Below are positions 31,808-41,306 of a DNA stretch of 64,000 bases, one piece after another. Source of the stretch: a candidate division FCPU426 bacterium (GTDB lineage Bacteria > Oederibacteriota > PGYV01 > Palsa-1178). The stretch covers positions 384,001 to 448,000 of the forward strand of contig CAWIXE010000001.1 in assembly GCA_963840035.1 (NCBI GenBank). Reading direction: 5' to 3'. The translations under genes and the position numbers were made by a program. The notes under the pieces are model-generated. The model ran no database searches. It was given only the letters and a program-made list of their open reading frames with translations, and was not told the DNA's origin. Numbering within the stretch: the stretch's first letter is position 1; each line of letters begins with the position of its first letter.

Positions 31808-31987
31808 ATGACACCTCATTTTCAATTTTCTATTTTAAATTTTCAATTAAAACCTAAAACATTTTAACAGATTAGCTTAAAAAACGGAAATAAAATATCT
31901 TTGGGGTGATTGTATGGGGGTTTATTATTAAAGGCGTTAAAACGCGGAGATACTATAAAACTAACGGTGTTAGGCCCGTATAACTTA

Positions 31988-33085
31988 TCACAATTCCTTT
32001 ACTTTACCGGCGGTAACTTCAAACTCCTTCGCGGGCTTAAAGCCGCGCAGATTTTCCTTATATGTAGTGGTAATAAGTATCTGTTTAAAAAGCGAGAAAG
32101 TATTTCCTATAAATCCCCTGTTTGGTTCGTCAAGTTCGGAAGAAAAATCATCCAGCATAACAACAGGATAACTTCCGCGTTTTGAATTAATATATAATCC
32201 TTCTGAAAGTTTTAAAAGTATTGTGGTCAGCCTTTGCTGCCCTTCTGACGCGAAATTTTTTGCGGCTTTCCCGTTATAAGATATATTCAGGTCGTCCCTG
32301 TGCGGGCCGATTAAAGTGATGGCGCGCGCTATCTCTTCATCGACACGCGTCCTGAAAAAATCCGTGTATGTTTCGCGGATATTTTTTTCATCATACTCCT
32401 TAAAAACTTTTGATTCATAGGCGATGTGCACGGAAAATTTTCCTTCTGTTAATTTTTCATCCAGGATAGCGTTTAAGTCCCTGATGGCGGCTGCCCTGTG
32501 CAGCAGTATCCTTGTTCCGTTATCCGTTATCTGTTTATTCCAGACATCAAGATTCTCTTTCTTCACCTTGCCGTCACGTATTCCTTTAAGCAGATAATTC
32601 CTGTGTGATACTTCCTTGGAGTACTTCATTAACGCCTGGAGGTAGTTGTTATCCACCTGTGAGAGCATATCGTCCAGGAACCTGCGCCTTAATGAAGGTT
32701 CCCCCTTCACTATCATGATATTTTCCGGGGAAAAAAGCACCACAGGCACCTTTCCAACGGCCATGGACATCCTGGCAAGCTTTGTTCCGTTCTCTTTGAT
32801 GGTTTTCTTCCGGTTAGCCATGTCATATTCCAGGAGGTATTCCTTATCTATGCCGTTAAAGGACGAGTTTATATCTATAGAGGCCGCTTCCCTGCCCTCT
32901 TTTACCAGTATTGAGTCCTCGGATGACCTGAAAGACCTGGTCATGGAGAGCCAGTATATGGATTCAAGTATATTGGTTTTGCCCGAGCCATTTTCGCCGT
33001 AGAAAACATTGATCCCGGGAGTAAGCTTGAGCTTTAAGCTGTCATAATTGCGGAAGTTGTTAAGCGCAAGTGTCTTTATGTACAT
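31988..33085 (-). CDS. recF: DNA replication/repair protein RecF
   Basis: NFRNY, GENGSGKTN, GPHRDD, ASEGQQR, MLDDFSSELD. Confidence 0.96.
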   Translation of the reverse strand: MYIKTLALNNFRNYDSLKLKLTPGINVFYGENGSGKTNILESIYWLSMTRSFRSSEDSILVKEGREAASIDINSSFNGIDKEYLLEYDMANRKKTIKENGTKLARMSMAVGKVPVVLFSPENIMIVKGEPSLRRRFLDDMLSQVDNNYLQALMKYSKEVSHRNYLLKGIRDGKVKKENLDVWNKQITDNGTRILLHRAAAIRDLNAILDEKLTEGKFSVHIAYESKVFKEYDEKNIRETYTDFFRTRVDEEIARAITLIGPHRDDLNISYNGKAAKNFASEGQQRLTTILLKLSEGLYINSKRGSYPVVMLDDFSSELDEPNRGFIGNTFSLFKQILITTTYKENLRGFKPAKEFEVTAGKVKEL

Positions 33086-33138
33086 AGAGCTCCTTTGATT
33101 CTGGATTCTGGATTAATACCTCTTACTTACAGGACTAT

Positions 33139-33154
33139 TGTTCCACGTGGAACA
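33139..33154. promoter_or_regulatory. parS centromere site
   Basis: Perfect palindrome TGTTCCACGTGGAACA. Confidence 0.92.
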
Positions 33155-33184
33155 TTTTAGCAGTTTTTAATAAAAATTCAAACT

Positions 33185-34242
33185 GCTACATTCAATGTTT
33201 AAGTGCAACACATCTTGTTAAATGCTTCGTTTGGAGTTTTCCAGCCCAAACATTTCCTTGGTAAATTATTCAGCCAATTTTCAAGTTCTTTTATCCTGCC
33301 GGAGCTTATCATATCAAAGTCTGTGCCTTTTGGGTATATCCTTCTCGCCAATCCTATTGTGTTCTCAACCGTGCCTTTTTCATAGGGACTTTTTTCATGG
33401 CAAAAGTATGATTTACACCCTATCTGTTTATTAATCTTTTCGTGCTCAACATTTTCTTTTCCGTTGTCATAAGTTATGCTTAACCGAACGCCTTCAGGCA
33501 CACTTCGTAATGATTTCATTATGTTTCTTCTGTTATGCCTTGCGGTTATTACTCTTAACTTATATATCTTCGTTAACCGTGTTTTTCTTTCCACTGTAAA
33601 GGTTAGTCCTGAATTTTTCTTTTGTAATCCAGCCATTGTGTCGCTTTCCCAATGCCCGACCTGTTTACGTTCGTCTATTTGTTTAGGCCTTAATTCTATT
33701 GATATTTTATTGGGTATACGACCTTTTGTATGCGTCTTTCTCTGACCTTTTAAGTGCCTTTTCATGTGGTGCCTAGTTAAACATCCTCTAAATCCCGGCT
33801 CTTCTTTATATACAAACATGTATATTGTTTCAGTACTAATACTTTTCCCCGGTAGTTCTTCCGCTATCCTTCCTGAAATTCTTTCAGGAGACCAACCGTT
33901 TTTAAGTTTATCTATCACATACGACTTTATTGCTGTATCCCTTATTCTGCCCTGGGGGACACTTAATCTTCGTCTGTATGATGTGTTTGCATCTCTAGCA
34001 ACATATTCTCCGGTTTCTATGTTGCTGTTCCTAGTTATTTCTCTGTGTATCGTGGATCTGTGTCTTCCAAGCTCAGCTGCTATTTCACCAACTGTGAACC
34101 CTTGGTCCTGTAAAATAACAATTTTTGCTCTTTCTTCTATGCCTAAATGCTTGTATAATTTCATTGGTGCAACCTCCTTCTGTATTCTTTACTCGACATA
34201 AAGATTTTAACAGAAGTGTTGCACTTTTACCTTGAATTCAAG
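33185..34242 (-). mobile_element. IS30-family insertion sequence (~1058 bp)
   Basis: Imperfect 27-bp terminal inverted repeats (shared core TTCAA..GT..AAGTGCAACAC); flanking ACT duplication at 33182-33184 and 34243-34245. Confidence 0.88.
33199..34164 (-). CDS. IS30-family DDE transposase
   Basis: LGRHRSTIHREI, WSPE.I, GHWESDT, SITYDNGKE, EKGTVENT, LNNLPRKCLGWKTP. Confidence 0.96.
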   Translation of the reverse strand: MKLYKHLGIEERAKIVILQDQGFTVGEIAAELGRHRSTIHREITRNSNIETGEYVARDANTSYRRRLSVPQGRIRDTAIKSYVIDKLKNGWSPERISGRIAEELPGKSISTETIYMFVYKEEPGFRGCLTRHHMKRHLKGQRKTHTKGRIPNKISIELRPKQIDERKQVGHWESDTMAGLQKKNSGLTFTVERKTRLTKIYKLRVITARHNRRNIMKSLRSVPEGVRLSITYDNGKENVEHEKINKQIGCKSYFCHEKSPYEKGTVENTIGLARRIYPKGTDFDMISSGRIKELENWLNNLPRKCLGWKTPNEAFNKMCCT

Positions 34243-34269
34243 ACTCCAAATCAGATAATTCACAGTCAA

Positions 34270-34285
34270 TGTTCCACGTGGAACA
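34270..34285. promoter_or_regulatory. parS centromere site
   Basis: Second perfect TGTTCCACGTGGAACA. Confidence 0.92.
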
Positions 34286-34525
34286 ATAGTAATGGATACT
34301 TATGCACCTTAACCCTTATCCTTAGCTCTTAGCCTTTGCCGTTCAGATCAAAGGCCAAGAGCTAAGGATAAGAATTAAGGATAAGGGTTAAGGTTCCCCT
34401 GTCCGTATGTTAGTAAAGATTAGTTTGTATTTAGAATTCAGAATTCGTCCTACAATGACTATTCACATAGGGGTTTGTTTTTGATTTAAAATCCAGAATT
34501 CAGAATCCAGAATTTAGAATCCGTT

Positions 34526-35245
34526 TTATAAAGGCTTTTTCTTTATCGACCCGTACACCCTCGGGTAAATGGCCGGGGTTTTCCACATCTTGTTAACAGA
34601 AACTATTGTGTGGCTGCCGCAGCCTTCGGGAAGTTCGTAGTGGTGCATGCCATCAAAAACGCATCCGAGTTCCTTAAAGCACGGCATGTCTTTGTTTATT
34701 TCTGCGGCCTGTTTGGCGCTGGCGTAATACATGACGGCGCCTCCGGGTTTTACAAATGAAGCGGATAATTCCAGGCCTATGGAAAAAGAAGCAAGCGCCC
34801 TCATGCATGCCGCGTCAAAAAATTCGCGGAATTCGCCCGTGTGCGAAAGCGTCTCGGCCCTGCCTTCGAGGATTTCCATGTTGCGCAGGTTTAAGGAATC
34901 CTTAATGTGAAGAAGAAACGTTACCTTCTTGCCGTTTGATTCATTCAGGAAAATTTTCTTGCCGGGGAAAGCTATAGCCAGAGGTATGCCGGGAAAGCCG
35001 GCGCCGGCGCCTATATCCACTATAGTTTGCCATGTCATACTTTTGTTTGGTTTAACTAACACTAATGAATCCACAAAATGCTTTATTATTATATCCCTGT
35101 CATCAGTTATGGAAGTAAGGTTGAATTTTTCGTTCCACCCTTTGAGTTCATCAAGGAGTAAACTGAATTTGTCCGCCATCTCAGGGGTTAAGAGGTTTGG
35201 GTATGATTCACCGATGTATTTTTCTATCATTTCTTTTGTTGTCAT
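34526..35245 (-). CDS. rsmG: 16S rRNA m7G527 methyltransferase
   Basis: WNEKFNLTSI, KHFVDSL, DIGAGAGFPGIPL, GRAE, YPR. Confidence 0.95.
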   Translation of the reverse strand: MTTKEMIEKYIGESYPNLLTPEMADKFSLLLDELKGWNEKFNLTSITDDRDIIIKHFVDSLVLVKPNKSMTWQTIVDIGAGAGFPGIPLAIAFPGKKIFLNESNGKKVTFLLHIKDSLNLRNMEILEGRAETLSHTGEFREFFDAACMRALASFSIGLELSASFVKPGGAVMYYASAKQAAEINKDMPCFKELGCVFDGMHHYELPEGCGSHTIVSVNKMWKTPAIYPRVYGSIKKKPL

Positions 35246-35355
35246 GGGTAGATTATTACACGCCCGTATAATAAGAGCAAGTTTTTTTTGGGATATTGCA
35301 TTGCGGGCGCGTAGTTGCTATATTGATTAAAACGGGACGCGGGAGGGCGGGCATC

Positions 35356-36294
35356 ATGGAAAACAGCTTGAATCTTGTATCAGGGGCATTCGGATATACA
35401 GGCGGGTACATAACCTCCCTGCTGCTTGAAAAAGGCGTGAAGGTTGTAACCCTGACAAATTCCTCAGGCAGGGAAAACGCCTTCAGCGGAATGGTGGCTG
35501 CGAAGCCTTACGATTTTAATGACGCGGAAAAGCTGGCGGAAAGTTTTAAGGGTGTTTCGGTATTTTACAATACATACTGGGTGAGGTTCGCGTACGCTGG
35601 CACCGGCCATAAACAGGCGTATGAAAATACGGTAAAGCTTTTTGACGCGGCGAAAAAAGCAGGGGTAAAAAGGATAGTCCACATAAGCGTCGCTAATTCA
35701 TCGGCTGAATCCAAATTTTCCTATTACAGATATAAGGCGCTGGCGGAAGAATACCTTAAAAATCTCGGTGTTTCATATTGCATACTGAAACCTGCCGCGC
35801 TCTTCGGGGGAAGCGGCATCCTTATTAATAACATAGCCTGGATGATAAGGCATTTGCCCGTCTTCGGCATATTCGGGAAAGGCGGTTATTATTTCAGCCC
35901 TGTCCATGTTGAAGACCTTGCTTTACTGGCAGTGGAGCAGGGACAGGCAAAAGAAAACGCCTCTATCAACGCCGTAGGCCCTGAAAATTTTACATATAAT
36001 GAACTCATAGCGTCCATTGGTTCAATTATCGGAAAAAAGCCGTTTATGGCGCATGTGCCTCCAATACTCGGCTTTATCGCAGGGGCGGTTCTTGGATTTA
36101 TCAAAAGGGATGTGACGCTGACATATGATGAGATTTACAGCTTAACCTCGGACATGCTCCACATCCGGACACAGGCAACATGCAGGACAAAACTGACGGA
36201 CTGGCTTGAGGCAAATAAAGAAACAGTTGGTAGAAAGTATTTCAGTGAAGTTGCCAGGAGGAAGGACAAAAAAAGGGCATACGAAAGCATATAG
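35356..36294 (+). CDS. NAD(P)-dependent epimerase/dehydratase (atypical SDR)
   Basis: SGAFGYTG, Y...K..AE, PVHVEDLA, GPE; GGAGG RBS. Confidence 0.85.
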   Translation: MENSLNLVSGAFGYTGGYITSLLLEKGVKVVTLTNSSGRENAFSGMVAAKPYDFNDAEKLAESFKGVSVFYNTYWVRFAYAGTGHKQAYENTVKLFDAAKKAGVKRIVHISVANSSAESKFSYYRYKALAEEYLKNLGVSYCILKPAALFGGSGILINNIAWMIRHLPVFGIFGKGGYYFSPVHVEDLALLAVEQGQAKENASINAVGPENFTYNELIASIGSIIGKKPFMAHVPPILGFIAGAVLGFIKRDVTLTYDEIYSLTSDMLHIRTQATCRTKLTDWLEANKETVGRKYFSEVARRKDKKRAYESI

Positions 36295-36405
36295 GCGGAT
36301 CTCAAAAATATTTGAAAATCATAAAAGTTTTGTCTTATTGTGCGTGAAGCCTGCCGGCTTTTACGAAGGCAAAAATCCAGAATATTTTGCACAATCCGGG
36401 GATAA

Positions 36406-36889
36406 ATGAAACATAAACAAATTATCCTGTTATTGGCCATAGCAGTTGCCATACTTATGTCTTCATGCAATAAAAAATCAAGCCCCGCAGCCCCGTACCT
36501 TGTAGATTTTGACACAGGTGAAAATACCGGGCTAAACGGCACTCCCGACGCCGCAATAGGTATGTGGGGCGCCATCGCGCCGACTGGACTAATATCAGCC
36601 TCAGATACAAAACCTGTGCTGTTTATACACGGTATGGCTGACTCGTCGGTGCCTTTTGCCAGCGGACATCCATTTGGCTTTAATTAATTTCCTGTGGCAT
36701 ATGGAAGCAGCTTGATCAACTGCAGGCTGGATACACTGGGCTTTACTGATAAGAAAAAACTTTTTTGTGACAGGCGCGGGGCATGAATTTTACAGGACAA
36801 ACAACGGCCTGTGGACAGGCGGCACAGGAGGAAACGATTACTGGACGCCGGTGGTCAACACCATTGCTGATTTTCTGTACGGGTTGTAA
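36406..36889 (+). pseudogene. Decayed alpha/beta-hydrolase lipoprotein
   Basis: Lipobox LMSSC and IHG..D..VPF; in-frame TAA at 36685-36687, then FPVAYGS..; frameshift in a T6 run before GAGHEFY; no nucleophile elbow visible. Confidence 0.65.
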
Positions 36890-36984
36890 GCTGCATATGA
36901 AGAGGGAAATAAAAACAAAAACCCGGGCTTTCACCCGGGCCTTGTATTTAATCCAGAATTTAGAATCCGGAATCTAGAATTGAT

Positions 36985-38670
36985 TTACCATCCCGTTGAT
37001 TTCCCTGATTTGGATTTTACCTGCACTTTTACAGGCGCTGCCGTCGGCATTACTGTGGGCTGTGCCGGAGGTACCGTGGTTTGAGGCTGCTGTGCTGCGG
37101 ACGGAGATGTTTTAGCAGGCATTGATACGGCAGCAGGCGGTTCATTTGAAGAAATTTTTATGACCATAACCTCGGCCCTTCTGTTCTTGTATTTATTATC
37201 TGCCGTATCATTCGGAACAACGGGTTTTTTGTCAGCAAATCCTGCCACTGAAATCCTTGAAGCTTCTATGCCGTGCTTGTCTATGAGATATTTTTTAACC
37301 GCGTTAGCGCGGGCAAGCGATAATTCGTAGTTGTTCTTGAACCTTTTTGATTTTATGGGAACGTTGTCAGTATGCCCTTCTATGACTATGGGCGAGTTAT
37401 GTGCCTTCATTATCTTTACCATGTCATCCAGGACTGGGAAGAACTCGGGCTTTATGTTTGAAAGAGCGGTGTCATAATGTATTACCGGGTAAAATAAAAG
37501 TTTGTCACCCTGCTGGACGGTCTTTACCGAGAGACTTTCAGGCTGCGCAGGGACTTCAGGCGCTGCCGCGGCAGGAGTTTCAGGAGCTGTTGTCCCTGAG
37601 TCCATTCCAGCGGGAAGCTGTGTGGCAGCCGCTTGCGCCGGCTTTGCCCCTTCTTTAATTGTAAATACATCTTCCTGTTTCTTAGGAGTTTCCCCCGGTG
37701 GAGGAACAGGAGTGGCAGTAGGCAGAGGCTCCGCAAGTACCCTGAAAAGCCAGGCGGGAGAAACGCCGCCGCTTGAGGTAAGCTTGGCCCTTGCTGATTT
37801 GTCAATGGACATTGACCATATTTCAGGCTGATATTTGTCCGTTATATAGCTTGAAAAAATAACTTTTGAGCCGTCGTGGTTAAAGATGGGGCAGTTGCTT
37901 TTTCCGTCATATGTAAGGGGTTCTTCTTTTTTAGAGGCAATGGAGGTAACATAAACATTTATGGAATCCATATCCTCTATGGTAAATACGATTTTCTGCC
38001 CATCGGGAGAGAAGCTCGGCGAACCCGCTTTTTTACCAAGCAGGTTTGTCAGCTTTTCAGCCATGACGCTATCGATGTTTTTCATATACAGGTTTGTCGT
38101 GGTTTCAGATTCCTTTACGGCATAAACAAGCTTATTATCCTTTGAAAGCGCGGGGGAGTAGCAGTTGTGCGTGTCAGTGAGCGATACCTGGTCAAAACCG
38201 TCCCTGCTTATCTTCCATATGTCGTTCGACCTGGAATAAACGACAAACTGCGAATCAGCGCTCCAGGAGGTGGAATTTTTCATGTTAAAATTTTGTATGT
38301 CGCTGTCAAGGCCGTCCGCGTCGAACGTAACCTGGAAAGCTTTCCTTTTCTTGAAGTCGCCTATCCACAGGTTATAACTTTTTCCCGACTGCGCCCAGTA
38401 TGACATGAACCATCCGTCCGGCGAAACAGAAGGGAACCATTTGGAAGTGTTGTCAGGGAATATTTCCTGCCTGTTATTTCCATCCGGGTCCATCCAGAGG
38501 ACATTACCGTTAAATGTGAATATTATTTTTTCCAGTTTTGGCTGCGGCGTGGCCGTAGGCACTGGCGTGGGCTGGATGGTAACTTTTGCTTTTTTACAGC
38601 CCTGGGTACCCGTAAGAATGAATACTGCCAGGATGACAGCAGCCATTATGATCGCGAAACTTTTGCGCAT
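36985..38670 (-). CDS. Lipoprotein with a TolB-like PD40 propeller fused to an OmpA/MotB-like domain
   Basis: Lipobox TQGC; SPDG repeats; IEGHTDN, N.ELSLARA, NRRAEV. Confidence 0.85.
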   Translation of the reverse strand: MRKSFAIIMAAVILAVFILTGTQGCKKAKVTIQPTPVPTATPQPKLEKIIFTFNGNVLWMDPDGNNRQEIFPDNTSKWFPSVSPDGWFMSYWAQSGKSYNLWIGDFKKRKAFQVTFDADGLDSDIQNFNMKNSTSWSADSQFVVYSRSNDIWKISRDGFDQVSLTDTHNCYSPALSKDNKLVYAVKESETTTNLYMKNIDSVMAEKLTNLLGKKAGSPSFSPDGQKIVFTIEDMDSINVYVTSIASKKEEPLTYDGKSNCPIFNHDGSKVIFSSYITDKYQPEIWSMSIDKSARAKLTSSGGVSPAWLFRVLAEPLPTATPVPPPGETPKKQEDVFTIKEGAKPAQAAATQLPAGMDSGTTAPETPAAAAPEVPAQPESLSVKTVQQGDKLLFYPVIHYDTALSNIKPEFFPVLDDMVKIMKAHNSPIVIEGHTDNVPIKSKRFKNNYELSLARANAVKKYLIDKHGIEASRISVAGFADKKPVVPNDTADNKYKNRRAEVMVIKISSNEPPAAVSMPAKTSPSAAQQPQTTVPPAQPTVMPTAAPVKVQVKSKSGKSTGW

Positions 38671-38681
38671 TATATTCTCCG

Positions 38682-39740
38682 TTATTTTGCAGCCGTCGGG
38701 CTGACTTTTATGTCCGCTACTACAGGAAAGTAAACGCTGAAATTATAAGTGAGCCTTCTTTTGTCCTTAGTCGCGATAGTTGTTATGTACATGTCGCTTC
38801 CTTCCACATACACGAGCTCTTTGCCATCCGGCGTCCAGCAGGGCGAAAAGCCGCGGTTAAAAGTTATCTGCTGCGATTCAGCGCCGTCAGGTTTGGTTAT
38901 CCAGACATTCGGAGCGCCGCTTTCATCGAGAATGCACGCTATGAAATTGGCTTTTCTGTCATTATTTGCCTTTGACCACCCGATGTCATTTTCAGGGTAA
39001 AACGTCTGTTTTATGAACCTGTCATTTACGCCGTTATACTCTATCCTGGAAATACCGCGAAAAAAAGAATAAGCCACTTCTAAGTTGTCTCCCCAGTCAA
39101 AAGCCGGGCTGATGATGTTGCTCGGGGTTATCTGTTTTAACTGGGTGCCGTTTGTGTGAATAATCCAGAGTCCGTTATGGCGTTTTGTTTTTTCGCGCGA
39201 GAAAAGTATTTTTTCCCTGTCAGGGGAAAGCTTGAAGGAGGTTACATCATGAAATATGCTAAGCGATGAAGGCGTCTCGCCGTCATCATCAACTTCCCAA
39301 ATATCGTTATTTTTGAGGTAAAACAGGGTTTTTCCGTCTTTTGCCCAGTCAATTTGCCCCCTGTTATAGAGGTCAATGGCATGAATGTTTTCCTTGTTAA
39401 AGGACATCTGTTCCTGTTTTGAGCCGTCTGTGTTCATGATCCATAAATTTGCGAAACCCGAGCGGTCTGAATAGAAAGCAATCTTTTCGCCGCTGGGTGA
39501 GACCGTAGGCGCCCAGTTATTGCCGGCATTGGTGCAGGTTTTTTTATTTTCGCCGTTTAGGTCCATGATGGCAATCTGATATAATCCGCGGCCGTCCTCG
39601 AGGATATATATTATTTTTTTCATAAATACATCCTGTGGAGGGGCGCCGGATAGCTGCGCGTCTGCGGCAATAATAAAACAGTTGAGTAATAATAATGAAA
39701 GAGAGAAGAAAATTAACGAAATTATGCGTTTTCCGCCCAT
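38682..39740 (-). CDS. TolB-like beta-propeller protein
   Basis: Signal peptide; SPSGEKIAF.SDR, WTPDGK repeats. Confidence 0.82.
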   Translation of the reverse strand: MGGKRIISLIFFSLSLLLLNCFIIAADAQLSGAPPQDVFMKKIIYILEDGRGLYQIAIMDLNGENKKTCTNAGNNWAPTVSPSGEKIAFYSDRSGFANLWIMNTDGSKQEQMSFNKENIHAIDLYNRGQIDWAKDGKTLFYLKNNDIWEVDDDGETPSSLSIFHDVTSFKLSPDREKILFSREKTKRHNGLWIIHTNGTQLKQITPSNIISPAFDWGDNLEVAYSFFRGISRIEYNGVNDRFIKQTFYPENDIGWSKANNDRKANFIACILDESGAPNVWITKPDGAESQQITFNRGFSPCWTPDGKELVYVEGSDMYITTIATKDKRRLTYNFSVYFPVVADIKVSPTAAK

Positions 39741-39905
39741 TTTTACCTCAATGTTCAGATTTTGATGTTATTTTATACGGTTTTTTTGATTTTGTCAATG
39801 TTTTTTGTTAAGTTTCATTTAAAACGCTGATTGTTGAGAGCCTGGGTGGAAAAAGACAAAATAGGGTATTTTAAGTGTACTGTTAAGAAGATGTGTTTAC
39901 ATGTT

Positions 39906-40018
39906 GTCATTGCGAGGAGCCGTTGTTGGTTTATGGCGACGAAGCAATCTCGTTTTCTCCATCTGGAACAGCTGGATTGCTTCGTCGGCAAGAAACAAAA
40001 ACGCCTCCTCGCAATGAC
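39906..40018. repeat. RPE-like palindromic element, copy 2
   Basis: Same arms as 1381-1492. Confidence 0.88.
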
Positions 40019-40083
40019 AGGCCTAAGACTGTAAACAAAATATGTTAAAAGTACATTTTAATGTTTACTTTTTGGTTTTGACT

Positions 40084-41127
40084 TTATATGATAACCATCG
40101 CGTCGCCGTATGAAAAGAGCCTGTATTTTTCCTTTATGGCTTCTTCATAGGCGCGTTTTATGTTTTCATTTCCCGCGAACGCGGAAACCAGGGCGAGCAG
40201 CGATGTCCGCGGCAGGTGAAAGTTTGTGATAAGGCCGCCGCAGATTTTAAAATCATAACCCGGAAAAATGAAAATATCGGTCATGGACCGCCGGGCAATC
40301 ACTTCGCGGCCGGCGGAGGAGGAAGCTTCAAGCGCGCGCATCGAGGTAGTGCCGATGGCTATTACTTTTTTTCCCGCCGCGTTAACACTGTTTATTATTT
40401 CCGCGTTTTCAGGGGTTATTTCGAATAATTCCGAGTGCATTTTATGCTCCCTTATATCTTCCTTTTCCACGGATTCAAAAGTGCCCATGCCGACGTGAAG
40501 TGTGATATAGGCTGTTTTTACCTGTTTTTCAGCCATTTTTCTCAAAATTTCCGGTGTAAAATGGAGGCCGGCTGTCGGAGCGGCTTTCGCCCCTTCATTT
40601 TTTGCGTAGATTGTCTGGTACCTTTCCCTGTGGGACGGGTCCTTAATGTTGGCTTTTATATAAGGAGGAAGCGGCATGGTGCCCAGCCTCCATAATTTCT
40701 CCACAAGTTCCCTGGGGGCGCAGTTGAATTCCACTTCAACTATTTTGCCTTTTTTTTCAATGACAGTTAATTTTAAACCGCCGTTAAAGGATACAATATC
40801 GCCCGGCATGACCCTTTTGGAATTTTTCATGATGACATCCCATTTGTTATCACCGGTATTATCAAGGACAAGTATGCCGATTTTCGCGCCTGTTTTTTCC
40901 GAGGCGCCGTCTAAGTTAGCCGGTAGCACCTTTGTATCGTTCATGACCAGGCAGTCACCTGGGCTTATATGGTTTATGATGTCAGTGAATTTTTCATGTG
41001 ATATTGCTCCCGTAGCGCGGGAAAGGGCCATCAGGCGCGAGGAAGACCTGTCAGAAAGGGGCTCCTGCGCGATAAGTTCCTTCGGGAAGCTGTAGTCATA
41101 ATTTTCAAGGCTGTATATGTTTTTCAT
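40084..41127 (-). CDS. queA: S-adenosylmethionine:tRNA ribosyltransferase-isomerase
   Basis: ELIAQEP, PLPPYI, RYQT, AAPTAGLHF, TNFHLP, SYGDAM. Confidence 0.97.
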   Translation of the reverse strand: MKNIYSLENYDYSFPKELIAQEPLSDRSSSRLMALSRATGAISHEKFTDIINHISPGDCLVMNDTKVLPANLDGASEKTGAKIGILVLDNTGDNKWDVIMKNSKRVMPGDIVSFNGGLKLTVIEKKGKIVEVEFNCAPRELVEKLWRLGTMPLPPYIKANIKDPSHRERYQTIYAKNEGAKAAPTAGLHFTPEILRKMAEKQVKTAYITLHVGMGTFESVEKEDIREHKMHSELFEITPENAEIINSVNAAGKKVIAIGTTSMRALEASSSAGREVIARRSMTDIFIFPGYDFKICGGLITNFHLPRTSLLALVSAFAGNENIKRAYEEAIKEKYRLFSYGDAMVII

Positions 41128-41306
41128 GGGAAGAGTATAACATAAAAATAAGTAAGAAGTAATAAGGCAGAAGCCAGAAGTAGAAATAACCGGTCTTATT
41201 GCCTTACTTCTGGCTTATTATTTCTTTCTTAAACATACTTCCTTATCCGTTGACACCTTAAAAATCATATGCTTTAATTAGTTATCAAAATTTACAGGAG
41301 GGTTTC

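Noticed and set aside
31958..31986. attC-like cores (CTAAC...GTTAGGC) after recF
   Set aside because: Far too short for an attC site; no integrase or cassette array
39831..40034. 67-aa ORF (VIARS...LLAMT)
   Set aside because: Translation of the RPE-like element
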